Shown here: positions 8,662 through 17,005 of the stretch, in pieces
Numbering within the stretch: position 1 is the first letter of the stretch
How the letters are laid out: every line of letters begins with the position of its first letter
NCBI GenBank assembly: GCA_050293845.1
Contig: JBNKNM010000083.1
Coordinates: 1 to 21,485 of the forward strand
Length of the DNA stretch: 21,485 nt
Direction: 5' to 3'
Origin: Pseudobacteriovorax sp.
Lineage (GTDB): Bacteria; Bdellovibrionota_B; Oligoflexia; Oligoflexales; Oligoflexaceae
Made by a program: the position numbers and the translations under genes
Notes under the pieces: model-generated
Seen by the model: only the letters and a program-made list of their open reading frames with translations
What the model was told of the DNA's origin: nothing
The model's database searches: none

Positions 8662-10665
8662 ATGAGTAATGTAAGTAAGAATTCATTAAGAAATTTCGTC
8701 GATCAAATGATTCCAAAGGAAAATTTGGAGTCAGGATACGATTTACGAAGACGTTCACGACTTACAATTAATACCGCCTTTTCACTGTTCTTTTTTACTC
8801 CAGTTTACTCACTGATATATTGGGGGGTATACGGTCTTCCTTTTGTAGGGTTGTTGATTATTTCGATGGGATTATTTTGTGTGGTTGCCGTCCCCGTTAT
8901 ATTTAAGAAAAGCGGCTCCCTTGCCGCAGCAGTTAATTTTATGCTGGCATGCTTTTATGTGCTCTTAGCTATCGTATCAAGCCATAATGGCGGCATTAAA
9001 TCGATGACGAATCCATGGATGACAGCCCTACCTGTATTAGCCGTGATGTTGGTGGGTACACGGTGGGGGGTTTTATGGAGCTGCATCGTTATAGGCCACT
9101 ACGGAGGATACTACCTGCTACACAAATATGGTATTCCTATGCCCCACCAACTGCCTGAACATACTTATATTAGTTCAATTTTTTCATCTTTAACCGGGCT
9201 CACTTGCATCTACCTGTTATTAGTAAATCTTTACGAGGCGGGGAAGCAAGGAATGCTTAAGGAGGTAGAGCACCATAAAGGTCTCGCTGAGATCGCTCAC
9301 CAAAGAGCAAGGCTGGTACTAGATAGTGTCGATCAAGGGTTTGTTATTGTAGATCTTGATGGGACTTTAAACTCCGAGCATTCTAAAGCGCTTGAATCAA
9401 TTGTAGGTCCCATTAGGGGAGGGCTGACAATTTGGGAGTATCTGACTCAGGTTTCCACTGAAGGGGCTAATTGGTTAGAAATGGCTTGGTTTCAACTGGA
9501 AATGAAAAAGCTACCAGTGAGCTTAATTTTGAAACAAATTCCTAAGGTGATCAGAGTCAACGACCATAACCGTTATCTGTCATTAAACTGTCAATACATT
9601 GAACAGAGTTGCAAGATATTGGTTGTTATAACTGATATTTCAGAGCGCGTACAGGCTGAGCAAGCGCAGGAATTTCAATCGGAGATCATTGCCATGGTTC
9701 ATCGTGTCACGAGTTATGGCAGTGTGTTTTACGAATCGATTGAAGAACTTCAGGAGGTCATCAACCGACTTGTCGCAGGGCGGAACACAAGAGAAATGGA
9801 AAAAGTGCTATTGCATACCCTCAAAGGAAGCTCAGCAGTAACAGGGATGACATCCATACCACGTATTGTCCATGAGCTAGAGAGCAAATTGGAAGATTCA
9901 AATGGTAGCCTTGATAGCAAAGAACTTGAAATGTTGGTCTTGCGATGGAATGCTCTAATGGAAAAATTAGCCCCATTCCTAAAGTCTCGGGATAAGAACC
10001 GGATTGAAATTGAGCGCCAGGATTTTGACAGGTTAAAGTGTGCCATTGAGGAAAATTTACCAGCCTTTGAAGTACTGAATCAAATGCATGACTGGCTTAA
10101 AGAGCCTACTCTGGTACGCTTACAACAAGCTGCCGATCATGCAAAATTTTTGGCACAAAAGCTGAATAAGCACGAGCTTTGCGTTGAACTGGAAGATAAT
10201 GGCATCCGCCTGGAAGGTGAAAAATGGCGAGCATTTTGGGCTACCTTTATCCATGCTGTACGCAATGCTGTTGATCATGGTATCGAAGATATTGATACTC
10301 GTATCAGAGTCGGGAAAAATCCCCAGGGTACCGTAAAGTTAATAACCAAACATGAAAACGGTAACTTGGTTATTAAAATCTGTGATGACGGTTGCGGTAT
10401 CGATTGGGATCGGGTAAAGCTGATTGCCAAGGAAAAGCACCTTCCTACTGACACTCAAGAACAGTTGTTTGAGGTTTTATTTCATACGGAAGTTACAACA
10501 CGGGAACAAGCTGGGTTTTTCTCGGGGCGTGGTGTTGGTATGGCTGCTCTCCATAAATCTTGTATGGATTTAGGGGGCAGGATTGCTATTGAATCGGAAC
10601 TTGGTATAGGTACAAATATTTCTTTTGTATTTCTCAAAAACTCAGATAACAGCAATGCTGCATAG
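8662..10665 (+). CDS. Membrane-anchored CheA-like (class II) histidine kinase: multi-TM sensor, PAS-like, Hpt, HATPase; no CheW domain
   Basis: About 6 hydrophobic segments in the first 200 aa; VLDSVDQGFVIVD PAS-like start; Hpt LHTLKG; HAVRNAVDHGIE, DDGCGID and SGRGVGM boxes; the protein ends right after the HATPase. Start could also be GTG 8644. Confidence 0.85.
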   Translation: MSNVSKNSLRNFVDQMIPKENLESGYDLRRRSRLTINTAFSLFFFTPVYSLIYWGVYGLPFVGLLIISMGLFCVVAVPVIFKKSGSLAAAVNFMLACFYVLLAIVSSHNGGIKSMTNPWMTALPVLAVMLVGTRWGVLWSCIVIGHYGGYYLLHKYGIPMPHQLPEHTYISSIFSSLTGLTCIYLLLVNLYEAGKQGMLKEVEHHKGLAEIAHQRARLVLDSVDQGFVIVDLDGTLNSEHSKALESIVGPIRGGLTIWEYLTQVSTEGANWLEMAWFQLEMKKLPVSLILKQIPKVIRVNDHNRYLSLNCQYIEQSCKILVVITDISERVQAEQAQEFQSEIIAMVHRVTSYGSVFYESIEELQEVINRLVAGRNTREMEKVLLHTLKGSSAVTGMTSIPRIVHELESKLEDSNGSLDSKELEMLVLRWNALMEKLAPFLKSRDKNRIEIERQDFDRLKCAIEENLPAFEVLNQMHDWLKEPTLVRLQQAADHAKFLAQKLNKHELCVELEDNGIRLEGEKWRAFWATFIHAVRNAVDHGIEDIDTRIRVGKNPQGTVKLITKHENGNLVIKICDDGCGIDWDRVKLIAKEKHLPTDTQEQLFEVLFHTEVTTREQAGFFSGRGVGMAALHKSCMDLGGRIAIESELGIGTNISFVFLKNSDNSNAA

Positions 10666-10918
10666 CTATTGCTGAGGAGAAGTTTCGGAAGTTTCTTTTG
10701 GTAATAGAAGTTCTTTTTGGTTTTTCGCCACGGATTTAAAATAGTAAGCTAGAAATAAAGTTAGTCCCAACGCTATTAGAAGCAAAATGATCTTTTTAGT
10801 CAAACCTACTCACCTATGTTATAAATAACTAACTAAGTATATTTTGCAGGTAGCTCTTAAGAAAAGCAATCTTTGGTGCTAATTCTCAAAAATTGTAGGT
10901 ACTTATAAAATAAGTTCT

Positions 10919-10953
10919 ATGGGATTAATTCTTACTGTCGTAGTTAATCCCAT
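10919..10953 (-). terminator. Inverted repeat, probable terminator of the minus-strand lipoprotein gene
   Basis: ATGGGATTAA (10919-10928) / TTAATCCCAT (10944-10953), perfect 10-bp arms, 23 nt past the stop codon at 10977. Confidence 0.55.
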
Positions 10954-10976
10954 GCTTCTCAACTGAAATGGACGAT

Positions 10977-11813
10977 CTACGGCGTTTCAAAAAACTTAGT
11001 TAATTCAAATCCGTTTATGATATATCTCGCATGAATGCAGCGAAAATACAATTTCAAAGGTCTAGGGCTGAGAACATTGAAACGAAACAATGCTACAGTA
11101 GGATTACTAGCATCTTTTCCCTTGGAAACAGTAAAGGTGCCTAGTGATTTTCGCCCTGCGGGTTCGTCTACAAAAATTTCAAATTTTCCCTGCTTCTTAG
11201 CTAGCGCATCGTGGAAGTATAATTTCATTTCATATTTGCCAATGGGGAGGGGGTCAAGAGTTAAAGCGACGTTGGTATGTGCAAGTACTCCATCGCTCAG
11301 GACTGATGGCAAATCTGTGTTGCTAATATCACCGCGATCCGAGAAATGCAGGATTTTGTGACGATGTGCGCAGTGTACCTCAGACTGTGAACTGTCATCT
11401 TCCCTATTGAATTCAAAGCAGCCTTCGATCTTCATTTTAAGAGGGTTTTGATCGAATACGGGAAATACTTCGCGTGAACTTTTAATGGCCTTACCATCTT
11501 CTTCCCATGCATACCAAAATGGTTCGCCTTTCCCACTTTTGCCAAGATCAACTTTAAAAATAAATTCAGGAAGATCTTCATCACCAGGTTTACTGGGACC
11601 TGTAGGAGGGTTTTCAGGTGATGGTGCTTTACTGCTATTCTCATCAATGACTTGTTTACTGCTATTCTCATCAATGACTTGTTTACTGCTATTCTCATCA
11701 ATGACTTGGGTAGTTATGTTGGTATCTTCTTGGTGAGGTGTTGTTACCCCATAATCGGCACCACAAGACAATAAAAAAATACTAGTTAATAACGATAGTA
11801 CGCGTTGCTGCAA
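10977..11813 (-). CDS. Lipoprotein with tandem 9-aa repeats, Pro-rich linker and a probable malectin/CBM-like beta-sandwich
   Basis: TTG start with SD GAGGAG 7 nt upstream; lipobox FLLS-C; (QVIDENSSK)x3; C-terminal LPIGKYEMKLYFHD...FEIFVD...IINGFEL resembles malectin-like domains. Confidence 0.65.
   Translation of the reverse strand: MQQRVLSLLTSIFLLSCGADYGVTTPHQEDTNITTQVIDENSSKQVIDENSSKQVIDENSSKAPSPENPPTGPSKPGDEDLPEFIFKVDLGKSGKGEPFWYAWEEDGKAIKSSREVFPVFDQNPLKMKIEGCFEFNREDDSSQSEVHCAHRHKILHFSDRGDISNTDLPSVLSDGVLAHTNVALTLDPLPIGKYEMKLYFHDALAKKQGKFEIFVDEPAGRKSLGTFTVSKGKDASNPTVALFRFNVLSPRPLKLYFRCIHARYIINGFELTKFFETP
11628..11708. repeat. Three perfect tandem copies of a 27-bp unit (in-frame coding VNTR)
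   Basis: TTTACTGCTATTCTCATCAATGACTTG at 11628-11654, 11655-11681 and 11682-11708. Confidence 0.95.
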
Positions 11814-11958
11814 AAATTCTCTCCTCGTAGCCTATTGTTCTTACTAAAAGATTAATTTCACACGAGTATTTCAGTGGGGACCTATAAACTTCAACTAGAG
11901 CTATTGCAGTGTGGAGTTCTAATGGATCTGTGAAAAAGTAAATCTTTTCCTCATGGGT

Positions 11959-11974
11959 TGTGACTAAAATCACC
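11959..11974. promoter_or_regulatory. CRP/FNR-family-like operator in the divergent intergenic region
   Basis: TGTGA-CTAAAA-TCACC (9/10 to TGTGA-N6-TCACA), nested in the inverted repeat CATGGGT (11952-11958) / ACCCATG (11972-11978). Confidence 0.4.
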
Positions 11975-12266
11975 CATGCGAAAATTTCTATAACAATTTG
12001 TACCAGTCATAGCTAGTACTTTTGTCTTGTTTGGGGAGATTTCTTCGCAATAGTTTAATGACTACTTAAAATAATGTAGTCTGCAAAATCTACTTGAAAT
12101 AGAAGACTGAACACCCAAATTACTGTTAGTAGAAGCTTTTTAGAAGATTTTTTTGAATATTTTTGTTTTTCAGCGAACAGATTTATATTTGTGATATTTC
12201 AGTTTTGAAAACTTTTTGATATCTTTCTTAAAAGTTCAGAAACATAAGTTAAGGAGGAGATGTTTT

Positions 12267-13829
12267 ATGCAGAAAACATCAGTTTCGCTTTTCAGTGCGC
12301 TACGGAAGTGTGGTTTGAGTGCTTGCATAGCCTTTGGATTGCTGGGGACATCGAATTTTGCTCTAGCCAATATGAAAATTCGAGGACTAGATAAAGAAAA
12401 CCGTGTTCCCAATCAGTACATAGTTGTTTTAAAAGATGATGCCGTGTTTACTATGGAAGCAGCGGGGACACGTTTGTTTGCTTCACGAGATTATGCACAG
12501 CATGTTGAGGTGACATCTAATGCTAAGGTTATGCATAAGTTTGGTGGAGTCCTCTCTGGCCTTGTGATCCGTGCCAATGAGAAGGATCTAGAAGAGATTG
12601 CTAACGATGATCAAGTCGCATTTATTGAAGCCGATCATTATGTTTCCATTAATACAACACAACCCAATGCTACTTGGGGTATTGATCGCATCGACTCTCG
12701 CTCGGGCCGCGATGGCGATTATAACTATTCTTATACTGGGCAGGGTGTTCATGCCTACATTGTTGATACTGGTGTGAGAAGGACTCATAACGAATTTAGC
12801 GGCAGAGTTGGGCAAGGGTTTTCTTCCATAAATGATGGCAACGGCTCCAACGACTGCCATGGCCATGGAACCCATGTAGCGGGAACAGTTGGTAGCGATA
12901 CATACGGTGTGGCCAAAAATGTGACCATACATCCTGTAAGAGTTCTTGATTGCCAAGGTAGTGGAACGGACTCAGGTGTTATTGCTGGTGTTGATTGGGT
13001 CGCACAAAATGCACAATTTCCAGCAGTGGCAAACATGAGTCTTGGTGGTTCTGCCTCCTCATCCCTTGATCTAGCTGTTTCAAGGGCTGTTGATGCAGGA
13101 GTTGTATTTGTTGTTGCTGCTGGTAACGAAACCCAAAATGCGTGTAATGTATCGCCGGCCAGGGAGCCTAGTGCGATTACAGTAGGGGCGACGACATCTT
13201 CAGATAGTCGCTCTTCCTTCTCTAACTTTGGTACATGCCTGGATATTTTTGCTCCTGGCTCCAATATCACTTCAACATATGGAAACTCTGATTCTTCCAC
13301 TGCCTCACTTAGTGGAACTTCAATGGCATCTCCCCATGTTGCTGGAGCTGTTGCCTTACTTCTGGAGCAGTTTCCTGGTGAATCAACAACCTCCATTACT
13401 AACCGCTTGATTGCTAATGCAACTTCTGATGCTATATCTGGTGTCAGAGGCTCCCCCAACAAGTTCCTCTATACGGCACCAGATGGTTCTAATCCTCCAG
13501 ATCCCGAGCCAGATCCAGATCCCGAGCCAGATCCAGATCCATGTCCCGGATGTGAAGTTTACACTGGTACCCTATCAGACGGTGAGTCAGTGGCTTTCGG
13601 TGAAGGAAGCTATTCAGCAGGAACTTTTGCAGCTGAGCTAGTAGGACCAACGTCTGCTGACTTTGACTTGTCTCTGCAAAGAAACTACTTCTTTGGTTGG
13701 ATAACAGTAGCACAGTCAACTTCTTCTTCTTCCAATGAAAGTATTTCCTACAGCGGTTCTTCGGGAACTTACCGCTGGGTTGTGAATTCCTACTCCGGTT
13801 CCGGATCATTTGTCTTAACTGTTAAGTAG
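12267..13829 (+). CDS. Secreted S8 subtilase, proteinase K/aqualysin I subfamily: signal, I9 propeptide, catalytic domain, PD linker, aqualysin-type C-terminal domain
   Basis: SD AAGGAGG at 12251-12257 favours ATG 12267. Triad IVDTG, HGHGTHVAG, GTSMASPHVAG; oxyanion AAGN; VPNQYIVVLK propeptide; C-terminus PCPGCEVYTGTL...ADFDL.L...YRWVVNSYSGSG. Confidence 0.95.
   Translation: MQKTSVSLFSALRKCGLSACIAFGLLGTSNFALANMKIRGLDKENRVPNQYIVVLKDDAVFTMEAAGTRLFASRDYAQHVEVTSNAKVMHKFGGVLSGLVIRANEKDLEEIANDDQVAFIEADHYVSINTTQPNATWGIDRIDSRSGRDGDYNYSYTGQGVHAYIVDTGVRRTHNEFSGRVGQGFSSINDGNGSNDCHGHGTHVAGTVGSDTYGVAKNVTIHPVRVLDCQGSGTDSGVIAGVDWVAQNAQFPAVANMSLGGSASSSLDLAVSRAVDAGVVFVVAAGNETQNACNVSPAREPSAITVGATTSSDSRSSFSNFGTCLDIFAPGSNITSTYGNSDSSTASLSGTSMASPHVAGAVALLLEQFPGESTTSITNRLIANATSDAISGVRGSPNKFLYTAPDGSNPPDPEPDPDPEPDPDPCPGCEVYTGTLSDGESVAFGEGSYSAGTFAAELVGPTSADFDLSLQRNYFFGWITVAQSTSSSSNESISYSGSSGTYRWVVNSYSGSGSFVLTVK
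13497..13540 (+). repeat. 18-bp tandem repeat (about 2.4 copies) encoding the Pro-Asp/Glu linker
   Basis: CCAGATCCCGAGCCAGAT x2 followed by CCAGATCC; encodes PDPEPDPDPEPDPDP. Confidence 0.9.
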
Positions 13830-13870
13830 TAGCCAGTTTTTTTAGACAATATATTTAGAACAACAAAGAG

Positions 13871-13900
13871 ACGGTACTTCCCTTTAGGGAGGTACCGTTT
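13871..13900. terminator. Intrinsic terminator hairpin between convergent protease and caspase genes
   Basis: ACGGTACTTCCC-TTTA-GGGAGGTACCGT: 12-bp stem with one G-U pair, followed by TTTAAACTTT. Confidence 0.75.
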
Positions 13901-13930
13901 AAACTTTCAGAAATAGCTGCTGTTGTCGTA

Positions 13931-15556
13931 TTACCAATGCCATCCCCAACCAAGAGATAGGTCGCTCTCCAAAAATTGAGGCTGACCGATGGCTGTGGGA
14001 TTATTAAATAAGGATAGACTAAGGGAGAGGTTAAGATTTGATTGGATAGGCTTGAACAAAAATTTCAGGGAAAGCTTTGTACTTAAGGCAAAAAGATTTA
14101 CTTGTTGTTTGGGGGTCAAAAAAGATTGGTCGTAGACCTCCCTTTCAAAATGCCAAAAGCGAGCACCCACACCATAGAGGATGGAGCTATCTATTTTATC
14201 TTTTTTTATAGAGGGTAATCGTAGCTCGTCCATAATGCGCAGTTCCCCTCCCAGTATAAAGCTCTTTTGCTCAATTTGAAGTCCCTTACTTTGAATTGTC
14301 GATATTTTTTGCGGGTAAAATATTAAATCGCCTGCTAATGCTAGGTGAAAAAGAGCTTGGTGCTTTTGCCATGAAAGCTGATAGCCCTGAAATGAATTCC
14401 CAAATAGCTTGTTAGCTAGCTCCTTATCAAAAATCCGACTGAAAGTAGGTCCTCCAGAAATGAAGATACGGGGTTGGTAGTATAAATATGCCGAAAGCGG
14501 ATACTCTTCGCCATTTTTAAATTCAAAATACTTTTCAATGATGATCTTGTTTTGCTCATCCTTAACGACTAATTGGTTTCTACCTGGTTTTAAGAGTACG
14601 GCACCCTTCGATAAATTACCTAATTTCTCGCCATCAAGCTCAATGGAAAACTTCCTCATAAACCATTCGTAGGCATAAAGTAGGGGAGGGCCCTTTTTTT
14701 CAACCTTGCCATTAACGATAATCGGGTCTTTGCCTACGACTTCAATTTTAGCTGTAGGATGTTGGGCACCGCTTGTGTGATGAATCACACGATCCGTGGC
14801 GTATTGATGAGCCTCGGTGATAGATACTGCGCCATCTTTGTTGAAGTCGTGGTTAAATCCTTCTAGTAGGAAATGTGTATAGATCCCATTGGCATAAGAT
14901 CCATCTTCCCTAGCTTCTTCACCCCAAGCCGAAGCTGATAGGTAAATGGTACCCTCTTGAATGGGGTCGTCTGGTTCCTTAAAAAAGTCAGATTTTTGGG
15001 AAGCTAGCTGGTCGAGTATACTTTGGGTGAGGCGAGATTTCCCGGCGCCTGAATAGCATGCATCAAGGATGATCACCTTGCGGCGGGATTTAAGCTGAGA
15101 GAATAATGTGAAGAGATACTCGTGTTCTAATGCTGTTTGTTCGAGGTTTTTAGCATCCGTATCGGCAGTTACCAGAAACTTGCGAATACGATTCGTTTGC
15201 TGGTTTTGATCAAAAACCCTACCTACTGTTCCGTGGGAAGAAATATAGACTATAACTGTATCTTCTTCTGAAGTATTTTCTACGCTCAATCTGTTGATGG
15301 CATTGAGTATTTCACTTTTACTAACTTTTCTATCTACGTCGTTGTGGGTCGTTAGTAGCCATCCACCATCGAAACGATTTTGAAAATAATTGTAAATATC
15401 AGTGGCATCCTTCGCTGCAAATTGCAAGTTACGCCAATATTTATCAGTATATTCATCAATGCCGATACTCAGTAGGAATTTCTTTGCCTGCCTTCTCGCG
15501 GCAAAGCAAGGGGGGATGATCGACCAAAAAACCAATAAATATAGAAGGAATTTCAA
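13931..15556 (-). CDS. Exported caspase-family (peptidase C14, ortho/metacaspase-like) protein with PEGA-like middle region and probable outer-membrane beta-barrel C-terminus
   Basis: LSIGIDEY...LQFAAKDA; catalytic dyad YISSHG and ILDACYSG; GIYTHFLLEG; DFNKDGAVSITE; AQHP. TTG 15556 with SD GGAG gives signal peptide MKFLLYLLVFWSIIPPCFA (ORF-track start is 15583). Amphipathic strands end in LSLGWGWHW. Confidence 0.85.
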   Translation of the reverse strand: MKFLLYLLVFWSIIPPCFAARRQAKKFLLSIGIDEYTDKYWRNLQFAAKDATDIYNYFQNRFDGGWLLTTHNDVDRKVSKSEILNAINRLSVENTSEEDTVIVYISSHGTVGRVFDQNQQTNRIRKFLVTADTDAKNLEQTALEHEYLFTLFSQLKSRRKVIILDACYSGAGKSRLTQSILDQLASQKSDFFKEPDDPIQEGTIYLSASAWGEEAREDGSYANGIYTHFLLEGFNHDFNKDGAVSITEAHQYATDRVIHHTSGAQHPTAKIEVVGKDPIIVNGKVEKKGPPLLYAYEWFMRKFSIELDGEKLGNLSKGAVLLKPGRNQLVVKDEQNKIIIEKYFEFKNGEEYPLSAYLYYQPRIFISGGPTFSRIFDKELANKLFGNSFQGYQLSWQKHQALFHLALAGDLIFYPQKISTIQSKGLQIEQKSFILGGELRIMDELRLPSIKKDKIDSSILYGVGARFWHFEREVYDQSFLTPKQQVNLFALSTKLSLKFLFKPIQSNLNLSLSLSLFNNPTAIGQPQFLESDLSLGWGWHW

Positions 15557-15566
15557 ATTTTCTCCA

Positions 15567-16142
15567 TTACGGATTGAATTCAAGGCAGTGGTGCAGTTCT
15601 AAATGCTCCCAGTTTTCAATTGCTAAAGTGATTTTTCTCTCAAGTATCTCTAGGCTGCTTGCCGTAATGAGACATGACTTTTGAATCCCTTGAGGAAGAG
15701 GGACTGTCAGCTTTTCTTCGGAAATGGTGCCCTTCCACAATATTCTGGGTTTATCTAGCATCTGGCCAAGGACTGCTATTTCTTGTACTTGGACTGCGGT
15801 AATGACTAGGCTATGATCCTTTAAGGACATGGCGATTGAGTCGCTAGTAGGGGTTCCCCCCTTGTTGGTGATGTTCTCTGTACTGATAAACGGAAGTGCA
15901 ATGAATATCACAGCAGCCAATGCTGCTAGGCTGAGCCATGGGTATATTTTGAATCGCGAATGTTGTCGGGTTTTAGCTACTAATGGGGGTATGTTTTGGG
16001 TAATCTTCTGCCAGTTTCGTTCTTTAGAAACCTCATCCACAGGTTTTCCCAGTTTATGGTATTCAGATTCGATTAATGCAACGAACTGTTCGTCATCCAA
16101 AAGGTAGTCGGAACTGTTTAAGGGGTTTTTGGGATCACTCAT
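15567..16142 (-). CDS. Probable single-pass anti-sigma factor
   Basis: ATGA overlap with the ECF sigma stop (16139-16142); N-terminal cytoplasmic region with ERNWQKI; TM helix WLSLAALAAVIFIALPFI; small periplasmic domain. Confidence 0.7.
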   Translation of the reverse strand: MSDPKNPLNSSDYLLDDEQFVALIESEYHKLGKPVDEVSKERNWQKITQNIPPLVAKTRQHSRFKIYPWLSLAALAAVIFIALPFISTENITNKGGTPTSDSIAMSLKDHSLVITAVQVQEIAVLGQMLDKPRILWKGTISEEKLTVPLPQGIQKSCLITASSLEILERKITLAIENWEHLELHHCLEFNP

Positions 16143-16666
16143 GGAATCTCCTCGCGAACTTCGGATAATCTGTCCTTAATGTGGCCACGGAACTTATTGC
16201 GTAGTCTAGAGATGCGCGATGCAAGGGTGCCAATGGGCTCACCCAGCTTATGAGAAATCTCTTGCAGGGAATAGCCGTCTCTATAAAATAGTCGAAAGCA
16301 CTCTCCACCTTTGGATTCTGCTATTTCATCAATAATATGACCAACCATCTCTACCTCTAATTCTCGTTGAGGATCGGATGTCCACATCCCTTCAGCGACT
16401 TCATTGACGCTCTGCCAGTGAGAATCTGTTTTTCGACGGCTCTCCTTTCTATAACTATCAATGACGAGATTTCTTGCAGTAACAAGCAAATAACTTTTGA
16501 TTTTTGTGGCACCTACCTTAGGTAAGTTCCTGTAAAGACGGAGAAAAGCTTCTTGTATAATATCATCTGTTTTGTCATCCGAAACGTTTAATTTTCGTAG
16601 ATAAAACTGCAATAATCCGATGTGCTGATCATATATATGTCTGAATTCTTTTTGACTTACAATCAT
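16139..16666 (-). CDS. ECF (sigma-70 group 4) RNA polymerase sigma factor
   Basis: Region 2 DDIIQEAFLRLY...YLLVTARNLVIDSYRK; region 4 GYSLQEISHKLGEPIGTLASRISRLR; 175 aa. Confidence 0.93.
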   Translation of the reverse strand: MIVSQKEFRHIYDQHIGLLQFYLRKLNVSDDKTDDIIQEAFLRLYRNLPKVGATKIKSYLLVTARNLVIDSYRKESRRKTDSHWQSVNEVAEGMWTSDPQRELEVEMVGHIIDEIAESKGGECFRLFYRDGYSLQEISHKLGEPIGTLASRISRLRNKFRGHIKDRLSEVREEIP

Positions 16667-16974
16667 GAACCATCCGTTAATAAACCTTGGTCATATAGCA
16701 CGTCAAAATAACTATATTCGCCCTTTAGGTCAAGTATAAAAAGACTTTTAGAGTTTAAAAAAACTAAGAACTTGGTGAACTTGATAAATTGACACGTACT
16801 CAAGATATGTCACATATCCGATATCTGAAAATTAAGTTCGTATTTTTCTACAAACACCTTTGTCACTAGTGGTACGAATAAGATTCGCTATTTTCACCTG
16901 AATCGAGGTACGAGCAAAATAAGTACCGGAGTTAAAACCGTTAAAAAGGACTTTTTTTCCTAAGGAACGAAGAG

Positions 16975-16997
16975 TCAGGTGAAAATTTCGGACCTGA
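16975..16997 (-). terminator. Hairpin just downstream of the HU stop codon
   Basis: TCAGGT (16975-16980) / ACCTGA (16992-16997) with inner GAA/TTC pairing; U-tract weak. Confidence 0.35.
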
Positions 16998-17005
16998 GCA
17001 AATTT

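Noticed and set aside
5774..10046. Small ORFs 5774-6001, 6512-6727, 8340-8525 and 9750-10046
   Set aside because: Nested in better-supported genes; no independent evidence.
11628..11708. 27-bp repeats as a mini-CRISPR array
   Set aside because: The copies are contiguous with no spacers, in frame inside a CDS, and there are no cas genes.
11035..11973. ORFs 11035-11361, 11432-11701, 11485-11736 and 11782-11973
   Set aside because: They overlap the lipoprotein gene; the repeats in two of them are the 27-bp unit read in other frames.
12588..13809. Antisense and alternate-frame ORFs over the protease (12588-12956, 12785-13462, 13228-13410, 13411-13641, 13489-13809)
   Set aside because: Shadows of a strongly supported S8 gene; no recognisable motifs.
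13931..15556. Caspase as part of an anti-phage abortive-infection system
   Set aside because: No gasdermin, NLR/STAND, TIR, CBASS or CRISPR neighbour; the signal peptide and ECF linkage point to envelope signalling.
16767..16824. GAACTTG direct repeat, TTGACA and TCCGATAT upstream of the ECF gene as an autoregulatory promoter
   Set aside because: All read on the plus strand, opposite to the ECF gene, with no properly spaced partner element.
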